Positions 10,501 to 19,800 of a DNA stretch of 27,843 bases are shown here, in pieces. A model generated the notes under the pieces. The model saw only the letters and a list, made by a program, of their open reading frames with translations, was not told the origin of the DNA and searched no databases. This stretch comes from a virus (Duplodnaviria > Caudoviricetes), in IMG/VR virus record IMGVR_UViG_3300049167_000039, positions 1 through 27,843 of that record, one strand, 5' to 3'. Both the position numbers and the translations under genes were made by a program. Position 1 is the first letter of the stretch, and the number at the start of each line of letters is the position of its first letter.

Positions 10501-12712
10501 ATCTGAAGAAGAGCAAATTATGATTTTAGGACGTTTGAAAAATGACGCTTCTAAACTATCAGCTCAACAGGCAGCAGATGTTGTTAAATCATCTGCAACT
10601 CAACGTGATAAGACTGTTAAACAAGCAGATGAACAATATCAGAAACAAAAGAAAAAGTACGAATATCTACGTGATGTAACTGGTACTATCACAGCAGAAC
10701 AAGCAAGACGTTCTATTGCAAATGCTAAAGAACAACGTGATCAAACTGTTCGTAAAGCAGAACAAATGCACGAAGATGTTGTAGAAGAAGCTCAATTACA
10801 AGCTCAAGGACATATCGATGCAGTAAATTGGGAGTCAGGCGAAGTTAAAGATGGTTGGGATGAAATGTATGACAAAGTTCATGCGGTTTATAACAACATT
10901 TTAGAATTCTTTGGAAAAGACCCTAAGAAAAAGAAATCAACAGGTTCAACTAAATTCAAAAAGGACACTGGTAAACGTTCTGCTGGCACAGTAACTAAAG
11001 GTGGAGCAGTTGAGAAACAATATGCAATTGGTACACCAAACGGTTCACATCCAGGCGGATTAGCTAGAGTCGGTGAAGTCGGTGAAGAGCTTGCATATAT
11101 TCCTGGGCATGGAGTTGGACTATTAGGTGTAGGTGGAGAACAAGTTGTAGATTTACCTAAAGGTACGTCTGTATTACCTCACCATCACACTAAGAATCTA
11201 CTTAAACGTTATGGATTTGGTGGAAAGATGCCTGCTTATAAAGAGGGCACAAAGGATAGCGTATTTGATATGGCAATGAAAGGTGCAGACTATTTATGGG
11301 ACAATGGAATGAAGAAACTTGGAGTTACTGACAAGTTGATTCCTGATTGGTTTAATAACATTTCAGGTAGTCCATTAGGACTCATGAGAGACATTGCAGT
11401 AGATAGTGTCCAAGCATTAATTGATGATTTTCTTGGTGCATTCGGTGGCGGTGGAAGCAGTTCTGTAGCAAGTTACTACTTAGACAACTTCCGTGTTAGT
11501 ACACCATTTAGCCCTAACAAGGGATTGAATGATGGATGGCATAGTGGCGGTCATAAAGGTATTGACTTAGCTCGTAAAGGTCAAAAATCAATCATGGGTA
11601 TGGCAATCAAGTCTTTAACAGATGGCGTTGTATCTCAAGTGTTGGTTAATAATCCTACTGCTGGAAATGGTGTTCGCATTAAGAGTGGTAATCGTGTATT
11701 CAGTTACATTCATATGCAAGACCCACCACCTGTTAAAACAGGACAAAAGATTTCAATGGGACAATTGATTGGACGCATAGGCTCAACAGGACGTTCAAGT
11801 GGGGCGCATTTGGATTTGAAGGTGACTGAGAACGGGCGTTACATAGACCCCTTGAAAGTGTTAAGACAAATGGCTGAAGAAGGTGGAGAAGGTGGTTATT
11901 CTGGTGGAAACTACAAAGGACAATTCTCTTCTATCATCAACGCAGCAGGTAAAAAATATGGTGTTAGTCCTGCTTTAATCGCTGGTATCATTCAACAAGA
12001 ATCTAAGTTTAATCCTAATGCTCGTTCTCCTGTTGGAGCTACAGGTTTAATGCAATTAATGCCTGCAACAGCTCGTGGTATGGGTGTTAAAAATCCTCGT
12101 GACCCTTATCAAAACATCATGGGCGGTACACGTTACATTAAAGAAATGCTCAATATGTTTAATGGGAATTTAGACAAGGCTTTACGTGGTTATAATGCGG
12201 GACCAGGGAACGTACTTAACGGTAGAGCTTATAAATTAAAAGAAACAAATAACTACGTTCGTATTGTTAAAGCTAACTACAACAGATTCAAGAAATCAGG
12301 AATTGGAGCTTATGCAACAGGTGGTAAAATCACTGACCATCAAGTAGCTCAATTAGGTGAAAATGGATATGACGAGTATGTATTGACTACTGAGCCACGT
12401 TACAGAAATAAAAACTTAGCCTTACTTGCAGAAGTGTCAGAAAGGTTAGGTGCATACAGTCCTATTCCTAAAGTGCCTAAGACTTCAAATGTTTCTAATA
12501 ATATCATCAATAACAATACGACTAATAATTCATCTTCTGCACAGCAACAACCTACGATTAATTATAGTCCTACTATTAACTTCACATATACAGGTAGTCC
12601 CGATATGGAAAGTATGAAGTTGGCATATGAAAATCTAAGAAAATTAATGAAAGAGGAAATGGAAAAGGTTAATCGTCCTAAAGGCATCAAATTATCGGGA
12701 GGTTTATTTTAA
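7565..12712 (+). CDS. Tape measure protein with C-terminal M23 peptidase and SLT lytic transglycosylase domains
   Basis: 1715 aa, mostly coiled-coil, central hydrophobic Gly/Ala stretch; M23 motifs [24 protein letters not shown]; SLT motifs [21 protein letters not shown]. Confidence 0.95.
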   Translation: MDMGNMASMKFKLDLEGLGSATTDFAKLSRVTKIYDSEIAKAKAGVKKFEQNLDAMKEVADATTKKLEVQKLTVKQMEEEYADLVRTKGEDDVETQKLLTRYNRQVAQMKKTEMGLQNLNGKIKEQSSAYVEVSKEADKAIKGIEQDLKVLNSQYSKTTDGINDLKQESEKLNKTLDLQGKVSDQLKRKYEALKSEKGEDNKATKDALIAYNESIQTMKKTETALDGVKVKIKEQGSEFNKASKEAKDSLDSIEQDLKVLASEYGKTSASMSKMGANSEDLFQQSMHMEKQLRLEEKAVQALQRKYEASAREKGEDAKETKEAYIQLNEYIAKMNKTSNTLNSLNHKIDESKGSFRLFGREVHIAGGKLDEFKERAGDINASMKAGMVAGLAAGGAASVKAAVDINSSQKRIQAQLGLTGENAKELNNITTDLWKKGFGENMDEVRNGLIQTRQNIQGLNNGELKKVTQDALVLADVFEADVNEVTRAGGNVMKGFGVDSEKAFDLMAWGAQKGLNFSNEMFDNLSEYAPLYKRMGFSADEYFQLLAQGAQSGVYNLDYINDAMKEFQIRLTDGSKGTSDSFALMSKSTQNLFKQFKAGKITVKDMHNAVLEELQGMDNQVQANIIGVGLYGTKWEDMEKDTMYALGNIDGKIKGVDGSMKNASAVTESLGQRAKAAFREFMAAIAPLGTRLLDIADRWMPKIETGINNVTGAFDKMSPSAQDATLAVAGFVGAGVGIAGMVGGIGGIGSAFALLSNPIGLTALAIAGVTAEGVLVYKNWYALKDLMKDHPLLGLAIKLTPVQGQFIELVGSIREFRDQMNKSAIDTGLNSDKISEGTKKAINAYMDMDNKAYASMVNLSARGGIVTQEFADSQIAQYEAMASKIQASMDTDHAKRIEKTKALFATNTALSDEEKELALKKMDDDHAIKKMRLEEYVAKISEIENRASKEKRDLTESEKRTINGIRENMRVEAVKTLSKSEEEQIMILGRLKNDASKLSAQQAADVVKSSATQRDKTVKQADEQYQKQKKKYEYLRDVTGTITAEQARRSIANAKEQRDQTVRKAEQMHEDVVEEAQLQAQGHIDAVNWESGEVKDGWDEMYDKVHAVYNNILEFFGKDPKKKKSTGSTKFKKDTGKRSAGTVTKGGAVEKQYAIGTPNGSHPGGLARVGEVGEELAYIPGHGVGLLGVGGEQVVDLPKGTSVLPHHHTKNLLKRYGFGGKMPAYKEGTKDSVFDMAMKGADYLWDNGMKKLGVTDKLIPDWFNNISGSPLGLMRDIAVDSVQALIDDFLGAFGGGGSSSVASYYLDNFRVSTPFSPNKGLNDGWHSGGHKGIDLARKGQKSIMGMAIKSLTDGVVSQVLVNNPTAGNGVRIKSGNRVFSYIHMQDPPPVKTGQKISMGQLIGRIGSTGRSSGAHLDLKVTENGRYIDPLKVLRQMAEEGGEGGYSGGNYKGQFSSIINAAGKKYGVSPALIAGIIQQESKFNPNARSPVGATGLMQLMPATARGMGVKNPRDPYQNIMGGTRYIKEMLNMFNGNLDKALRGYNAGPGNVLNGRAYKLKETNNYVRIVKANYNRFKKSGIGAYATGGKITDHQVAQLGENGYDEYVLTTEPRYRNKNLALLAEVSERLGAYSPIPKVPKTSNVSNNIINNNTTNNSSSAQQQPTINYSPTINFTYTGSPDMESMKLAYENLRKLMKEEMEKVNRPKGIKLSGGLF

Positions 12713-14193
12713 TGGAAAGTAAGATTTTAAGTTTTGGGGGAGTTCCGACTCCCTCTTTTTTGATTGTTGAAAAAGTTGGTTTACCACCATTAGCACCATC
12801 AGTTGTAGCAAGTAAAGAAATCCCTATGAAAAGTGGAAAGTTATTTGCTAATCAAAAGTTTGATATTCGTACAATTCCAGTTGATTTAGCTTTAATTGCA
12901 CCAAGTAAGGAAGAATATCAGGATACATGTGCATTGATGGCTGAATGGCTTTATTCTAAGACACCTCAACCTATTGTCTTCTCAGAAAGACCTGACATTA
13001 CATATATGGCAATCCTTGAAGGTGGTACAGACTTCACTCAATTTAGAGAATTAGGAAGAGGAACAATCAACTTAATTTGTCATGATCCGCACGGTTTAGG
13101 AGTAACAAGAAATGTAGCTATGGATTTAACAAAAGAATCAACACCTATTATTAATATGGGAAATATGGAGACTTCACCTATTATTGATTTGACTATAAAT
13201 AAGAATGTGACAGACTTCTTTATTGCAACATCGGATAGATACTATTATTTTGGTGAACCTCTTGACCCAACAGAAAAAACACCAGTCGATTTATCACCAA
13301 CAATTATGAATGATGGTTGTAGTACGCTTCAAAATTGGTTACAAGTAACTGATTGGTCTGTAGATGGTGGCGTATTACGTGGTGCAGGAGTTTCAACTAA
13401 TGGTTACTCATTTGGTCAAGGTGCTACAGATGGAAAAACTGATTATGGTACAGCAAGTGGTTTATGGCATGGCTCTAGTGCAGTTTTCTCATTAGACCAT
13501 GAAATCCAAGACTTTGAGATTGAAGCAGAAGTACATTTTCAAGCAACTGACAAGAAACAGAAGGGCAGAATTGAACTATATTTTTTAGATAAGGACAATC
13601 GCAAACTTGGTAAGATGGCTATTCGTGACTATGATAGTGCAAGAGATAATCCTATTTTCGAATGTCGTTTAGGTGCAATGAATGAGTTTAATAAGCAAAT
13701 TCAGAACACTTATGGTGATAAGAAAGGCGTATTCTCTAACTTTCATGGAGTTATAAGAATAGGACGCAGAGGAAGACAATGGAGTACTTTTATTGCTAAA
13801 ACTGATGGAATCAATGATTACACAGCAAGAAGACATAAGACTATTACTGATACTTGGAATAAATTTTCAAGTTCAAAAGTAGCTAAAATTCAAATTCACT
13901 TCGCTGCATATGGTAATGATCCAGCAGTAGACCAAATGCGAATTGATAACATTAAAGTTGATGAGTTTCTACCTAAACCATCAGGTAAAGTTGATTACTT
14001 ATTCAAGAAAAATGACAAGTTACATATTGATTGTGAAAAAGGTGAAATCCTACGAAATGGAGTAGATGCAACGAATACGCTTTACATAGGCTCACAAGCT
14101 TTAAAATTCCCTAAAGGTGTAAGTGGATTAACTGTATCTGACCCTTCAATATTTAGTAGTGGTGTTGTGCGATTTACAGAGAGGTGGTTATAA
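12712..14193 (+). CDS. Distal tail protein (Dit) with central insertion (probable carbohydrate-binding module)
   Basis: N-terminal FSERPDITY..I..G and ICHDP motifs, C-terminal IDCEKGEI..NG and FTERWL; 493 aa with an aromatic beta-rich middle. Confidence 0.88.
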   Translation: MESKILSFGGVPTPSFLIVEKVGLPPLAPSVVASKEIPMKSGKLFANQKFDIRTIPVDLALIAPSKEEYQDTCALMAEWLYSKTPQPIVFSERPDITYMAILEGGTDFTQFRELGRGTINLICHDPHGLGVTRNVAMDLTKESTPIINMGNMETSPIIDLTINKNVTDFFIATSDRYYYFGEPLDPTEKTPVDLSPTIMNDGCSTLQNWLQVTDWSVDGGVLRGAGVSTNGYSFGQGATDGKTDYGTASGLWHGSSAVFSLDHEIQDFEIEAEVHFQATDKKQKGRIELYFLDKDNRKLGKMAIRDYDSARDNPIFECRLGAMNEFNKQIQNTYGDKKGVFSNFHGVIRIGRRGRQWSTFIAKTDGINDYTARRHKTITDTWNKFSSSKVAKIQIHFAAYGNDPAVDQMRIDNIKVDEFLPKPSGKVDYLFKKNDKLHIDCEKGEILRNGVDATNTLYIGSQALKFPKGVSGLTVSDPSIFSSGVVRFTERWL

Positions 14194-14199
14194 GTTTAA

Positions 14200-17100
14200 A
14201 TGTGGTACATATTAGATAGAAACTATAATACGATTGGTATTCTAGATAATGAGTTTCCTAATGGATGTCCGATTCTTCGAGATGTTATGAAAGCGACATT
14301 AGTAGACGGTGCTAAATATCTAGAATTTGATGTTCCATCTAACCATGAAAAAAGTTCCCTTTTAACTATTGGGAACTTTATTGTTTATGTGGATGCTAAA
14401 AAACAACGTGAACTATTCAGAATTACAACAGGCATTGAAGAAAATGGAGAAAATATGACTGCTACAATCAAATGTGAATTAGCAGCAATCGGTGACTTAT
14501 TCAGTAAAGTAATTGAAGACAAAGAGTTCACTGCAATTAGTTTAGACACAATCATTGATTTTTGTGCAACTGATACGACATGGAAGCTAGGCGAATGTTA
14601 TTACAGTGGGAGTATCACTAAATCATTTACAGATTTACCAAGAGCAAACGCAGCAATTCTTGACACAATTAGTGACTTTGATGCAGAAGTAGAATTTAAG
14701 ATTGAGTGGGATAATGTACGTCCAGAAAATAAGCTTATCAATATCAAAGATAAAATAGGACAAAACACAGGCGTATCTATTGAATATGAACGTAACTTAG
14801 AAGGGCTTACTAAAACTACAGAAGGTAATCCAATTGTTACAGCTTTAGTTGTAAGATGTTCAAATAAAAATGGTAATGGAAATGATATTTTACTTACAGA
14901 TGCACGAGTTGACCTTCCAGATGGTTTTGAAATCATTGGTAATAAATTAGTCGATAATAATGCATTAGAGGTTTATGGAAATGGAACAAAGCATATTGAA
15001 GATAGTTATATCGACAGTACCGCAACTAACCCAAATGAACTATATCAGAATGCCCTAACACAATTAAAGAAACTGAATAAGTCTGTTGTTACATATCAAG
15101 CTAGTGCAGTAATGCTTGAACAGTTTGATGGATATGACCATACATTCGTTGAAGTTGGTGATACGGTTTATGTAAAGGATATATCAGGAAGTGAACCTCA
15201 ATTCTTAGAAGCTCGTATTCTTGAAAAAGAAATTAGTCAAACTGATAACACTAGAGGTGGGATTGTACTAGGAGAATTTGTTGTACGTAGAGTCACAGCT
15301 ATTGAAGCAGTAGACAAAGCTCAAAAGACACTTCAACTCAAAGTAAATGAGTGGAGCGAAGCTTATGAAACTGGAAAAGAAACAGCAAAAGTACTTGATG
15401 AAGTAAAAAATAATATCGTACATAGTGCTAAATTATTTTCAACTAATGGAAGCACATTTAAAAATGGTATCGTTGATACTGATATTGTTGCAGTGGTTTA
15501 CAAGGGTGTAGATGATATTACAGCAACTTTAGAAGAATCTTCATTCATTTGGAAAAAGTTTAAAGCAGATGGAACACAAGATTTAACTTGGATTGCTACT
15601 GATATAGGAAGACAGGTATCAATTGATTCAACAGATGTTGAAAGTAAAGCAACGTTTCAAGTGGAAATTAAGATTGATGAAAAAGTAGTCGCTCTTGATC
15701 AGTTCACAGTTATCGATTTAAATGATGCAATTATAAATGGTGAAAAACCTGAGAATCCACAAACAGGAACATTATGGATTGATGGAACTTTTACCCCACC
15801 TGTTTTATACACTTATAATGGTACAACATGGGAAAAACAAACTTTGTCAGTTGGTGATTTAGACCCTGCATTATTGACGACAGTAAATGGAATTGTAGAA
15901 GAAGTAGATGCTATTGATACCCGTGTTACAACTTCGGAAAGTACAATTGAACAACTTAGTAGCTCAATCACATCTAAAGTTGAATCAACTACATTCGATG
16001 ACTTAAAGGAAAAAGTAGATACACAAGAATCAACTATTTCACAACAAGCAGGACAAATTAGTTCTAAAGTTGAGAAGAATAACGTTGTATCTGAAATCAA
16101 TCAAACATCCGAAACAATCAAAATTGATGCAAACAGAATAGATGTAACAGGTGTCGCCACATATATGCCAAAAGGTAGCCCGAATATGATTCCTGTAAGA
16201 TTCGATTCATTTGAACAATTCGACTTAGGGGAAATCCCTAGTACGCTTACATCTGGATACACTTCACTTAAACAAAAAAATGTCACTAACCTTTATTCAT
16301 TAGATGGTAGTAGATCGTTTGTACTTGAAACCAATACAGAAGGTGAAGGCTGGATTTATCTTGCTCCATCATCTACAACTTATAACATTCCTGTTCAAAT
16401 GGGAGCTACTTATATCTTCTCATTCTATGTGTACAATCCTGATGCAGTTAAGACAGCTAGGATAAATAGTGGAGTTAGAATGCCAAACATAGCAACAATA
16501 AGACCAAGTATTAAAACTTTAGCTAGTAGTGATGGATGGTATAGACATGAATTAAAGTTCACAGTTCCTACAGGAGTTACAGCCTGCAACGTAATACTCT
16601 ATAACTACACTGCAAATGTTCCAGTTTACTATGATTGTCTTCAATTTGAACGTGTTCATGTAAACGCAATGGAAGCAAGCTCATTTAAACCTATCTCAAC
16701 AACTATTATCAATGGTGGAAATATTACAACTCAATCATTAACAGCAGACCATATCAAATCGTTAAAAGGACTTAACGTTGGTAATGGTTCATTTGTCGTG
16801 GATGCAGTTACAGAAAAGGTATCTCTTGGTAATGGCACAGTTTTAAATGCTCCTAGCATTATTGCTGGAACGTTTGGAGCTATGCGTGGTAACACGATTT
16901 ACATTGGTGAAAACAACGCAAAGATTGACACATCACCAGCAGGCTCTCTTCAACGTTTTCGTTTAGGCGTTAATGACAATATCTATATAGCAATTGATAA
17001 TAACAATAATTTCAACTTTGTTATGGATGATGGTGCATTTAATCCTAAATTATGGAAAGATGAGAACGGACACAAGCTATTAAGTTTAGGTTCAGCTAAT

Positions 17101-17841
17101 ATTGCTGGATTAGCTAGTGGCGAAGCTGTACATATTCGAAATGTAAGTAACTCAGCTTATGCAAAATTAGCAGCATCAGATATCACAGCAACATCAAGTC
17201 TCGATGTATGGGGCGGTGGTGCATTCAAAGGTGACGTAAGTATCACTAGTAATGGTGGACTGTTAAAACTCAATGGTTCTACTCATGCATATATTGAGGT
17301 TTCATATGGTGGGGTTCGCAAAGGATTCATTGGTACTGAATCAGCAACAGGAAGTAATATGGTTATAGCTTCTGATAGAGATGAAATTATCTTTAAAACT
17401 GATGTATGTCGTGTAAAAGTAGATAACGGTACAGCAAGGGTAGACTTTAAGAATTCTCAAGATACTGCATATATTCCTATCTACGCTTCAAACATTACCT
17501 ATAACTCTGTTCGTGAGCGTAAAAAAGATATTGAACCTTTTGCTGGTACTGAATATCCTGATGGAACGATTAAAACAGCATTACAGCAAATTAACGAAAC
17601 ATCTATTCGTACATATCGATTTGTTGAAGAGTTAGAGAATGAAAGAAAACATGTAGGTTTGATTCTTGACGAAAGCCCAGTCGATGTTATCGATATTCGT
17701 GGAGAAGGTATTGATGCTTATGCTATGGGTACTTACTCTTGGTCAGCTATTCAAGAATTAAGTAAAGAGAATCAGGATTTACGTTCTAAGAATGCAGATT
17801 TAGAAGCGAGACTTGCAAAATTGGAGCAACTTATATCTTAA
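14200..17841 (+). CDS. Tal / tail endopeptidase-family hub fused to central fibre, with C-terminal intramolecular chaperone (Peptidase S74-like)
   Basis: MWYILD start, YERNL, VGDTV.V Tal motifs; coiled-coil SSITSKV / VSEINQT; CBM-like segment; C-terminal SVRERKKDI..HVGLI..WSAIQEL plus terminal coiled coil. Confidence 0.88.
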   Translation: MWYILDRNYNTIGILDNEFPNGCPILRDVMKATLVDGAKYLEFDVPSNHEKSSLLTIGNFIVYVDAKKQRELFRITTGIEENGENMTATIKCELAAIGDLFSKVIEDKEFTAISLDTIIDFCATDTTWKLGECYYSGSITKSFTDLPRANAAILDTISDFDAEVEFKIEWDNVRPENKLINIKDKIGQNTGVSIEYERNLEGLTKTTEGNPIVTALVVRCSNKNGNGNDILLTDARVDLPDGFEIIGNKLVDNNALEVYGNGTKHIEDSYIDSTATNPNELYQNALTQLKKLNKSVVTYQASAVMLEQFDGYDHTFVEVGDTVYVKDISGSEPQFLEARILEKEISQTDNTRGGIVLGEFVVRRVTAIEAVDKAQKTLQLKVNEWSEAYETGKETAKVLDEVKNNIVHSAKLFSTNGSTFKNGIVDTDIVAVVYKGVDDITATLEESSFIWKKFKADGTQDLTWIATDIGRQVSIDSTDVESKATFQVEIKIDEKVVALDQFTVIDLNDAIINGEKPENPQTGTLWIDGTFTPPVLYTYNGTTWEKQTLSVGDLDPALLTTVNGIVEEVDAIDTRVTTSESTIEQLSSSITSKVESTTFDDLKEKVDTQESTISQQAGQISSKVEKNNVVSEINQTSETIKIDANRIDVTGVATYMPKGSPNMIPVRFDSFEQFDLGEIPSTLTSGYTSLKQKNVTNLYSLDGSRSFVLETNTEGEGWIYLAPSSTTYNIPVQMGATYIFSFYVYNPDAVKTARINSGVRMPNIATIRPSIKTLASSDGWYRHELKFTVPTGVTACNVILYNYTANVPVYYDCLQFERVHVNAMEASSFKPISTTIINGGNITTQSLTADHIKSLKGLNVGNGSFVVDAVTEKVSLGNGTVLNAPSIIAGTFGAMRGNTIYIGENNAKIDTSPAGSLQRFRLGVNDNIYIAIDNNNNFNFVMDDGAFNPKLWKDENGHKLLSLGSANIAGLASGEAVHIRNVSNSAYAKLAASDITATSSLDVWGGGAFKGDVSITSNGGLLKLNGSTHAYIEVSYGGVRKGFIGTESATGSNMVIASDRDEIIFKTDVCRVKVDNGTARVDFKNSQDTAYIPIYASNITYNSVRERKKDIEPFAGTEYPDGTIKTALQQINETSIRTYRFVEELENERKHVGLILDESPVDVIDIRGEGIDAYAMGTYSWSAIQELSKENQDLRSKNADLEARLAKLEQLIS

Positions 17842-17850
17842 ATTACTTTA

Positions 17851-17872
17851 AACGCCTTGAGCGTTATTTTTT
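17851..17872 (+). terminator. Weak intrinsic terminator between tail and lysis genes
   Basis: AACGC-CTTGA-GCGTT followed by ATTTTTT. Confidence 0.45.
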
Positions 17873-17899
17873 ATGCCTAAATTGAAGGGGGTGATAGAT

Positions 17900-18118
17900 A
17901 TGGATCAGACAATCCTAGACATGTTAATCAAACAAGGTGGCTATGCCGCGTTGTTTATTTGGCTATTTTTTAAAACTATGAAAGATTCTAAGGACCGTGA
18001 AGAGAGGCTTATGAGTCACGTAGAACGTACAACCGATACATTAAAGCAAATTGAGCAAAGTGTTTCAAATATGCAGGATGAAATTAAAGATATTCATGAA
18101 AAAATGGAGGGAAAATAA
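17900..18118 (+). CDS. BhlA/UviB-family holin
   Basis: QGGYAALFIWLFF..MKDSKDREERL: single TM helix plus coiled coil; ATG 17900 after SD GGGGGTGA. Confidence 0.88.
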   Translation: MDQTILDMLIKQGGYAALFIWLFFKTMKDSKDREERLMSHVERTTDTLKQIEQSVSNMQDEIKDIHEKMEGK

Positions 18119-18120
18119 TT

Positions 18121-18834
18121 ATGTTAGATTATCTAATGAATCGAACTGAAAAAGAATTAGTTGGTGTACATAAAACAGTAGCAGATAAGGCTAGACAGTT
18201 AGTAAGGAAAGCTTATGATGAAGGTATTTATGTTGCTATTGTCCAAGGCTTCCGTTCATTCGCTGAACAAAATAAACTTTATGCTATCGGACGTACAGTT
18301 AAGGGAACTAAAGTTACCAATGCCAAGGGTGGACAGTCAATACATAACTATGGTTTAGCAGTGGATTTTTGTATTTTCGATGATAAGAAACAACCTTGTT
18401 GGACTGTAAATAAAGATTGGAAACGTGTTGTAGAAATCGCAGAAGGAATGGGCTTTGAGGCTGGCTTGCGGTGGTCTTTTTACGACCCACCCCACTTACA
18501 AATGACATTCGGTTTAACTCTTAAACAACTTCAAGCAGGTAAACGCCCACCAGCTTCTCCAAAAGTAGAAGTTAAACCTGTACAAAATGTAAGTAAAGCA
18601 CCTGAAGAAAGCTATGAAGACAGACCAATTGTTCCATATCCTAATAAGGTTATCAAGTTAGGTGCTAAAGGAATTGATGTAGAAAGAATCCAACGTGCAG
18701 TAGGCTTGACCGAAAAGCAAGTCGATGGAATTTTTGGCAAACAAACAGAACAAAAAGTGAAAGAATACCAAAAGACACATAAGTTAACAGTCGATGGAAA
18801 AGTCGGTTCTAATACGTGGAACATGATGTTCTAA
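18121..18834 (+). CDS. Endolysin: M15 L-Ala-D-Glu peptidase with C-terminal PG_binding_1 domain
   Basis: GFRSFAEQ, GQSIHNYGLAVDF, YDPPHLQ; C-terminal G.DVERIQ..DGIFG..T..V..YQ..L.VDG.VG.NTW. Confidence 0.94.
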   Translation: MLDYLMNRTEKELVGVHKTVADKARQLVRKAYDEGIYVAIVQGFRSFAEQNKLYAIGRTVKGTKVTNAKGGQSIHNYGLAVDFCIFDDKKQPCWTVNKDWKRVVEIAEGMGFEAGLRWSFYDPPHLQMTFGLTLKQLQAGKRPPASPKVEVKPVQNVSKAPEESYEDRPIVPYPNKVIKLGAKGIDVERIQRAVGLTEKQVDGIFGKQTEQKVKEYQKTHKLTVDGKVGSNTWNMMF

Positions 18835-18874
18835 ATTAAAGGAGCAATTTAAAAAGGGCAACGGAGTTTTAATT

Positions 18875-18883
18875 TGATATACT
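18875..18883 (+). promoter_or_regulatory. Extended -10 promoter element (TGaTATACT) upstream of the 82-aa gene
   Basis: TG-n-TATACT shortly upstream of SD AAGGTAGGTG; no clear -35. Confidence 0.45.
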
Positions 18884-18899
18884 TAAAAATAAAAGGTAG

Positions 18900-19148
18900 G
18901 TGATGTATCAAATGAATGAACTAATGAAGAAAACCCTTGTCATTGATGAATTAGGCTTTAAAGAGGAAGAAATGGATGCAATAGATAATTACTTCCTCTT
19001 TACCTTAACTTTTGAAGATTGGGATTCAATTGAGTTTGTTGATGAAGATGAAGAAGAGTGCGAACATTATTTTAAACTTCCCACTGGAAGAATGGTTTTT
19101 TTTCCAGCAGAGTTACTTTATAAAGAGGTATTAGCACAAATAGATTAA
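18900..19148 (+). CDS. Small highly acidic hypothetical protein
   Basis: SD present; 22 D/E versus 6 K/R in 82 aa. Confidence 0.75.
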   Translation: MMYQMNELMKKTLVIDELGFKEEEMDAIDNYFLFTLTFEDWDSIEFVDEDEEECEHYFKLPTGRMVFFPAELLYKEVLAQID

Positions 19149-19256
19149 TTCATAAGTGTGGGCAGTTGTACAATAATTATAAATGAATTGTTCTTTTTTA
19201 AGAAAGAGTTTGAAATAAGAGTACAATTTCAAATTGAATACATAGTTAAAGTTATT

Positions 19257-19281
19257 ACCCCACTCATCATTTGAGTGGGGT
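19257..19281. terminator. Probable bidirectional terminator between convergent genes
   Basis: Perfect 10-bp stem ACCCCACTCA-TCATT-TGAGTGGGGT with A/T-rich flanks. Confidence 0.75.
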
Positions 19282-19285
19282 TAAT

Positions 19286-19489
19286 TTATTCCTCAATTTC
19301 CTCATACAAATCATCCACTTTAACATTTAACACCTTGGCAAGTAAGAAGAGCTTATCTGCTGTCGGAAAATTATTCATTTTAATCCAATTTGATAGTTGC
19401 GCGGGCGTTATTCCAACTTCCTTAGCTATATGCTTTTTTAAATATCCCTTTTCTAAAATGATTGTCTCGATACAGGATTTTAACCTCAT
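19286..19489 (-). CDS. XRE/Cro-family HTH transcriptional regulator
   Basis: KKHIAKEVGITPAQLSNWIK...P......LAKVLNVKVDDLY; SD AGGTGA. Confidence 0.92.
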   Translation of the reverse strand: MRLKSCIETIILEKGYLKKHIAKEVGITPAQLSNWIKMNNFPTADKLFLLAKVLNVKVDDLYEEIEE

Positions 19490-19510
19490 GTTTTATCACC
19501 TATTATAAAT

Positions 19511-19537
19511 ATTCTTCGTGTTTTGTTTCATTCCTTT
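19511..19537 (-). promoter_or_regulatory. Sigma-H-like promoter for the XRE gene
   Basis: Minus strand AAAGGAATG-N11-GAAGAAT versus B. subtilis SigH consensus RNAGGAWWW-N11/12-RNNGAAT. Confidence 0.6.
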
Positions 19538-19624
19538 TAAAATAGATTTGAAAAATAATTATAGAAAATTATAAGTACAAGATATCTTAGACAATCAGAC
19601 CGACATATCATTTATCATAACTAA

Positions 19625-19663
19625 AAAGTTCGCTTCACAAGACGTTATGAAAGTTCGATTCAC
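19625..19663. repeat. 14-bp direct repeat AAAGTTCG(C/A)TTCAC x2
   Basis: Copies at 19625-19638 and 19650-19663, one mismatch. Confidence 0.7.
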
Positions 19664-19800
19664 TAGTTCTTTCCTCAGTACGCATGGTGAACTTTTAAAC
19701 GAATTTCAAAATGTTATTCTCTCAGCGCTTCAACTCTATTCCATCTAGTTCGTTTAATAAGGGACTATACTGCGTATAAAAAGCAGAAGGGTGTGGTGAT

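Noticed and set aside
16800-17841. Diversity-generating retroelement or invertible tail-tip cassette driven by the nearby recombinases
   Set aside because: No reverse transcriptase, template repeat or inverted alternative tail segments seen in the window.
2220-18824. Many 60-136 aa minus-strand or alternate-frame ORFs inside late genes (e.g. 2220-2477, 5498-5908, 9427-9807, 14601-14936)
   Set aside because: Shadow ORFs lying within or across well-supported genes, with no recognisable motifs.
19149-19256. Short inverted repeats (TTTGAAAT/ATTTCAAA, ACAAT/ATTGT) downstream of the acidic gene
   Set aside because: Eight bp or less and AT-only; expected by chance here.
19275-19508. 77-aa plus-strand ORF
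   Set aside because: Antisense shadow of the XRE gene.
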